64,000 bases of DNA from Octopus vulgaris (lineage: Eukaryota), in contig OX597817.1 of assembly GCA_951406725.2 (NCBI GenBank), positions 150,350,001-150,414,000 on the forward strand, in the 5' to 3' direction. The position numbers and the translations under genes were made by a program. Positions 1-64,000 of this stretch are shown piece after piece. The stretch's first letter is position 1; the number at the start of each line of letters is the position of its first letter. The notes below the pieces were generated by a model. The model made no database searches. It was not told where the DNA came from and was given only the letters and a program-made list of their open reading frames with translations.

Positions 1-203
1 TCGATTCCAGGCAGTAACCTGAATAATAACAACAACATCGAAAAATACCTTAGAAATGAGAACCCAGGTTCAAAATTTCCCCAAGACACCTGATGAAGGC
101 TGGAAGGTATATCAGCCAAAACATTGTGCTAACAAACAAGATGAAGACAAATATGTCAAATGAAAATAATGTACATAATTCCTCATCTCTTAAATATAGA
201 ACA
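1..203 (+). mobile_element. Penelope-like repeat fragment with decayed hammerhead motif
   Basis: ACAC-CTGATGA-A-GGCTG..CAGCC-aAAAC-aTT-GTG at 86-128. Confidence 0.45.
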
Positions 204-325
204 GTAGTTTTAATGTGTTTACTTTCTTTTCTTCCTATTCAAATAATGTTATTAAAAACAAAGTTCAGTTTTATTGTTTAAAAAAAATATATACAAATAA
301 ATACAATACACACACAAGAATTCTT

Positions 326-925
326 TCAAATTTTGGCACAAGGCTAGCAATCTTAGAGCAGAAGGACCCAATTACATCAACCCTAGTACTAAACTCGTAT
401 CTATTTTATCGACCCTGAAAAGATGAAAGGTAAAGATTGAGCTCATCAGTATTTGAACTCACAACATAAAGAATCAGACTAAATGCTACTATGCATTTTG
501 TTTGAAGTGCTAACAATTCTGCTAGCACACTGCCTTAATAATAATAATAATGGTTTTAAATTTCGGCACAAAGCCAGCAATTTCGAGGGGGAGGGTGTCC
601 AATTACATCCACCTCAGTGCTCAACTAGTACTTTCTTTATCAACATCAAAAGAATGATAGGCAAAGCCAACTTTGGCAGGATTTGAACTCGGAATGCAAA
701 GATGGACAAAATGTTGCTAAGTATTTTTGCCAGATCGCCTCAATAACAGCAGCAGCAGTAATAATTTTGGCACAACGCCCGGAATTTTGTAGGGAAGAGT
801 TAAGTCGATTATAGCAACCCTAAAAGGACAAAAAGGAAAATTGGTCTTGGTGAATTCGAACCCAGAATATAAAGAGCTGGAAGCAAACTGTCACCAAGCA
901 TTTTGTCTATAAGCTCACCACCTTA
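326..925 (-). mobile_element. Three tandem degenerate tRNA-derived SINE copies (MetaSINE-like core)
   Basis: Three ~200-bp units, each starting tttt/tttcggcacaa and containing B-box-like tttgaactc and tttatcgacc..gaaa..atga..ggcaaag, separated by (AAT)/(AAC)/(AGC) tracts. Related copy at about 20808-21020. Confidence 0.7.
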
Positions 926-997
926 ACAACAACAACAACAGGAGGGGGAAAAAAAAAAAAGGAAAATGTGAATGTGATAAACTTCATGTACAAGTGT

Positions 998-1003
998 TTT
1001 ATT
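998..1003 (-). terminator. Candidate polyadenylation signal for the exon 13B 3' UTR
   Basis: AATAAA on the minus strand about 690 nt after the stop, followed by a U-rich tract; second AATAAA at 1147-1152. Confidence 0.5.
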
Positions 1004-1695
1004 AACATTTTAATTTTATCGTACTGTACCTGTATTAGTATGGTTTCCACTGCATACTAATTGAGAAGCAAGAGTTTAACTTTTTTTTTTTTTTTTTTTT
1101 TTAAGTGAGATTTCTCATTTTGAACTCAGCATACTCAACAAGAAATTTTATTCTCACATTCTGTCAATACTGTTTGTCATCATAAAAAAAAAAAATATAA
1201 ATAAAATTAGTCCAGTCCAGTTTTCTGCTCAAGCCTCGACCCACTCTATATTTAATAATGTCTATGTATGCACATTTTTTTCTTTTTTTTCATTGTGAAT
1301 TTTTTTGGAGCCTATGATGGGAAAGATGTGGTGTAGAGAGGACATTTTTCTCTCTCAATATTTTGTACTGTACAAAGGAGGAAAACGGTCTTCTTTTTAC
1401 ATTTCAAACTCACCCTCCACATTTTAGTTGAAAAGGTTAATTCAAAAAAAATTTTTTTTTGTAAATGTTAATAGCTATCTTAATAGTTTGAGATGAAATT
1501 AAAACCTGACCACTAAATAGCTGTTAACGTGTACCTTACAGAACAAATTAGCAAACACAATTAGCATTGTATTACAACTGTTGTTCATCAGGAAGAAAGA
1601 CAGAGGGAAGAAGAGAAAACCAAAGGTGGTTGTTACCATTAGAAGACAATGCCAAGTCAGAGGTGCTTAATGTTGGGGGAGAATTACTTTGTCCA

Positions 1696-62934
<61,239 letters not shown>

Positions 62935-64000
62935 CTGGAACAAAAACAACCAGCGTTAAAAATGCTGCAGTATGCTACTTCACAATGATTTTCAGTTACT
63001 TTATATATCAATAAATATGCAAGTGTGAGATAATCAATTCTCTGATTTTCCCATATCAGATGGACATAAACATTATGTGATTAGCACAGTTGAGGTCAGA
63101 TATTTTCCCAGACTACACACAAGACATTATTTCAACACAGTACCAAAAGTTACCAAAACACTCCAAAATTGAATGCACTTCACAATTACCCATTTATTGT
63201 TACACAATTCTATGGTCCCAACTGACAAGTGAACCAAGCAATAGGAAGAGAAGTGCCAGTTACATGGTCATTTTGCATATAAATTTCCTTACTGATTGAA
63301 AACGTCTAGCTCAACATTCTTCTTTGCTTCTGTAAAGATACGTCACAGTATCAAAATCATTCAGTTGCCAATTTGCAAAATAGAATGATCCTCTGAAATC
63401 TTATCTTTGTCTTTTGTATAACAGATAGATGGTTTGGGAGGATCTTAAATCAACTTTTACATAAACTACTATATCTTATTGTGAAAAATGATTCAATCAA
63501 ATATTCTAAAATATAAAGAAACACCTGTCCTTCTATATATAACTTCATTTCTTCATTAATTAAGTGTAGTAAAATATCTAATGATGTTAGGTTCATGAAT
63601 ACTTATAAAGCTGTCAGTGTATGGACAGAAAAGTAATTCAACTACATGTAGATCAGAATTATGTCCCATGCATAAGTTCTCTACCTTTTTTCTCTTCACG
63701 CAGCACAAGAGCAGAAACAAAAGCAAAAAAAAAAAAAGTGATGATACACTCACAAGGAAAGTATTTTTAAAAATTGTAATTTTACGAAATCAACAGACAG
63801 TATGCAATTTTATCATACACACATGTAGCAAAAATAATAATTACAGGTGTATCAAGAGAATAGAATATATTTTGATCTTCTACCACTATATATATTTATA
63901 AATGCTCATAGACTATCTAACAATATCCATTACTGCCACAGGGCAATATATGAAAAACACTGCATTATTAATTGAAAAAATATTTAAATGCAAACAAAGT

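Overview
AT-rich, microsatellite-rich animal genomic DNA. The repeat landscape (tRNA-derived SINEs, RTE LINE with (GAT)n tails, long TA/TG arrays) looks like octopus/coleoid cephalopod, which is an inference. Almost the whole window is one minus-strand gene: a LAMMER/CDC-like kinase (CLK2/Doa orthologue). I reconstructed it by hand from ATG at 62934 to stops at 8063 or 1696, with consistent GT-AG boundaries and phases, giving about 492-544 aa depending on isoform. The notable biology is its alternative-splicing architecture: (1) two duplicated, phase-incompatible penultimate exons plus two paralogous terminal exons that remodel the kinase C-lobe; (2) an in-frame 39-nt exon that would insert an RS peptide (SRRSRYSRQRSRGP) into the kinase N-lobe; (3) the frameshifting 'exon 4'-type cassette, with a NAGNAG acceptor, no proximal pyrimidine tract and a ~300-nt AG-free zone; (4) hairpin-associated cryptic/poison splice sites and a candidate alternative N-terminus in the intron after the RS exon. 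Repeats include an RTE LINE with a PHD-like insert and a nested copy of its own 3' tail, and decayed Penelope-type hammerhead motifs. All isoform calls are predictions from sequence only.
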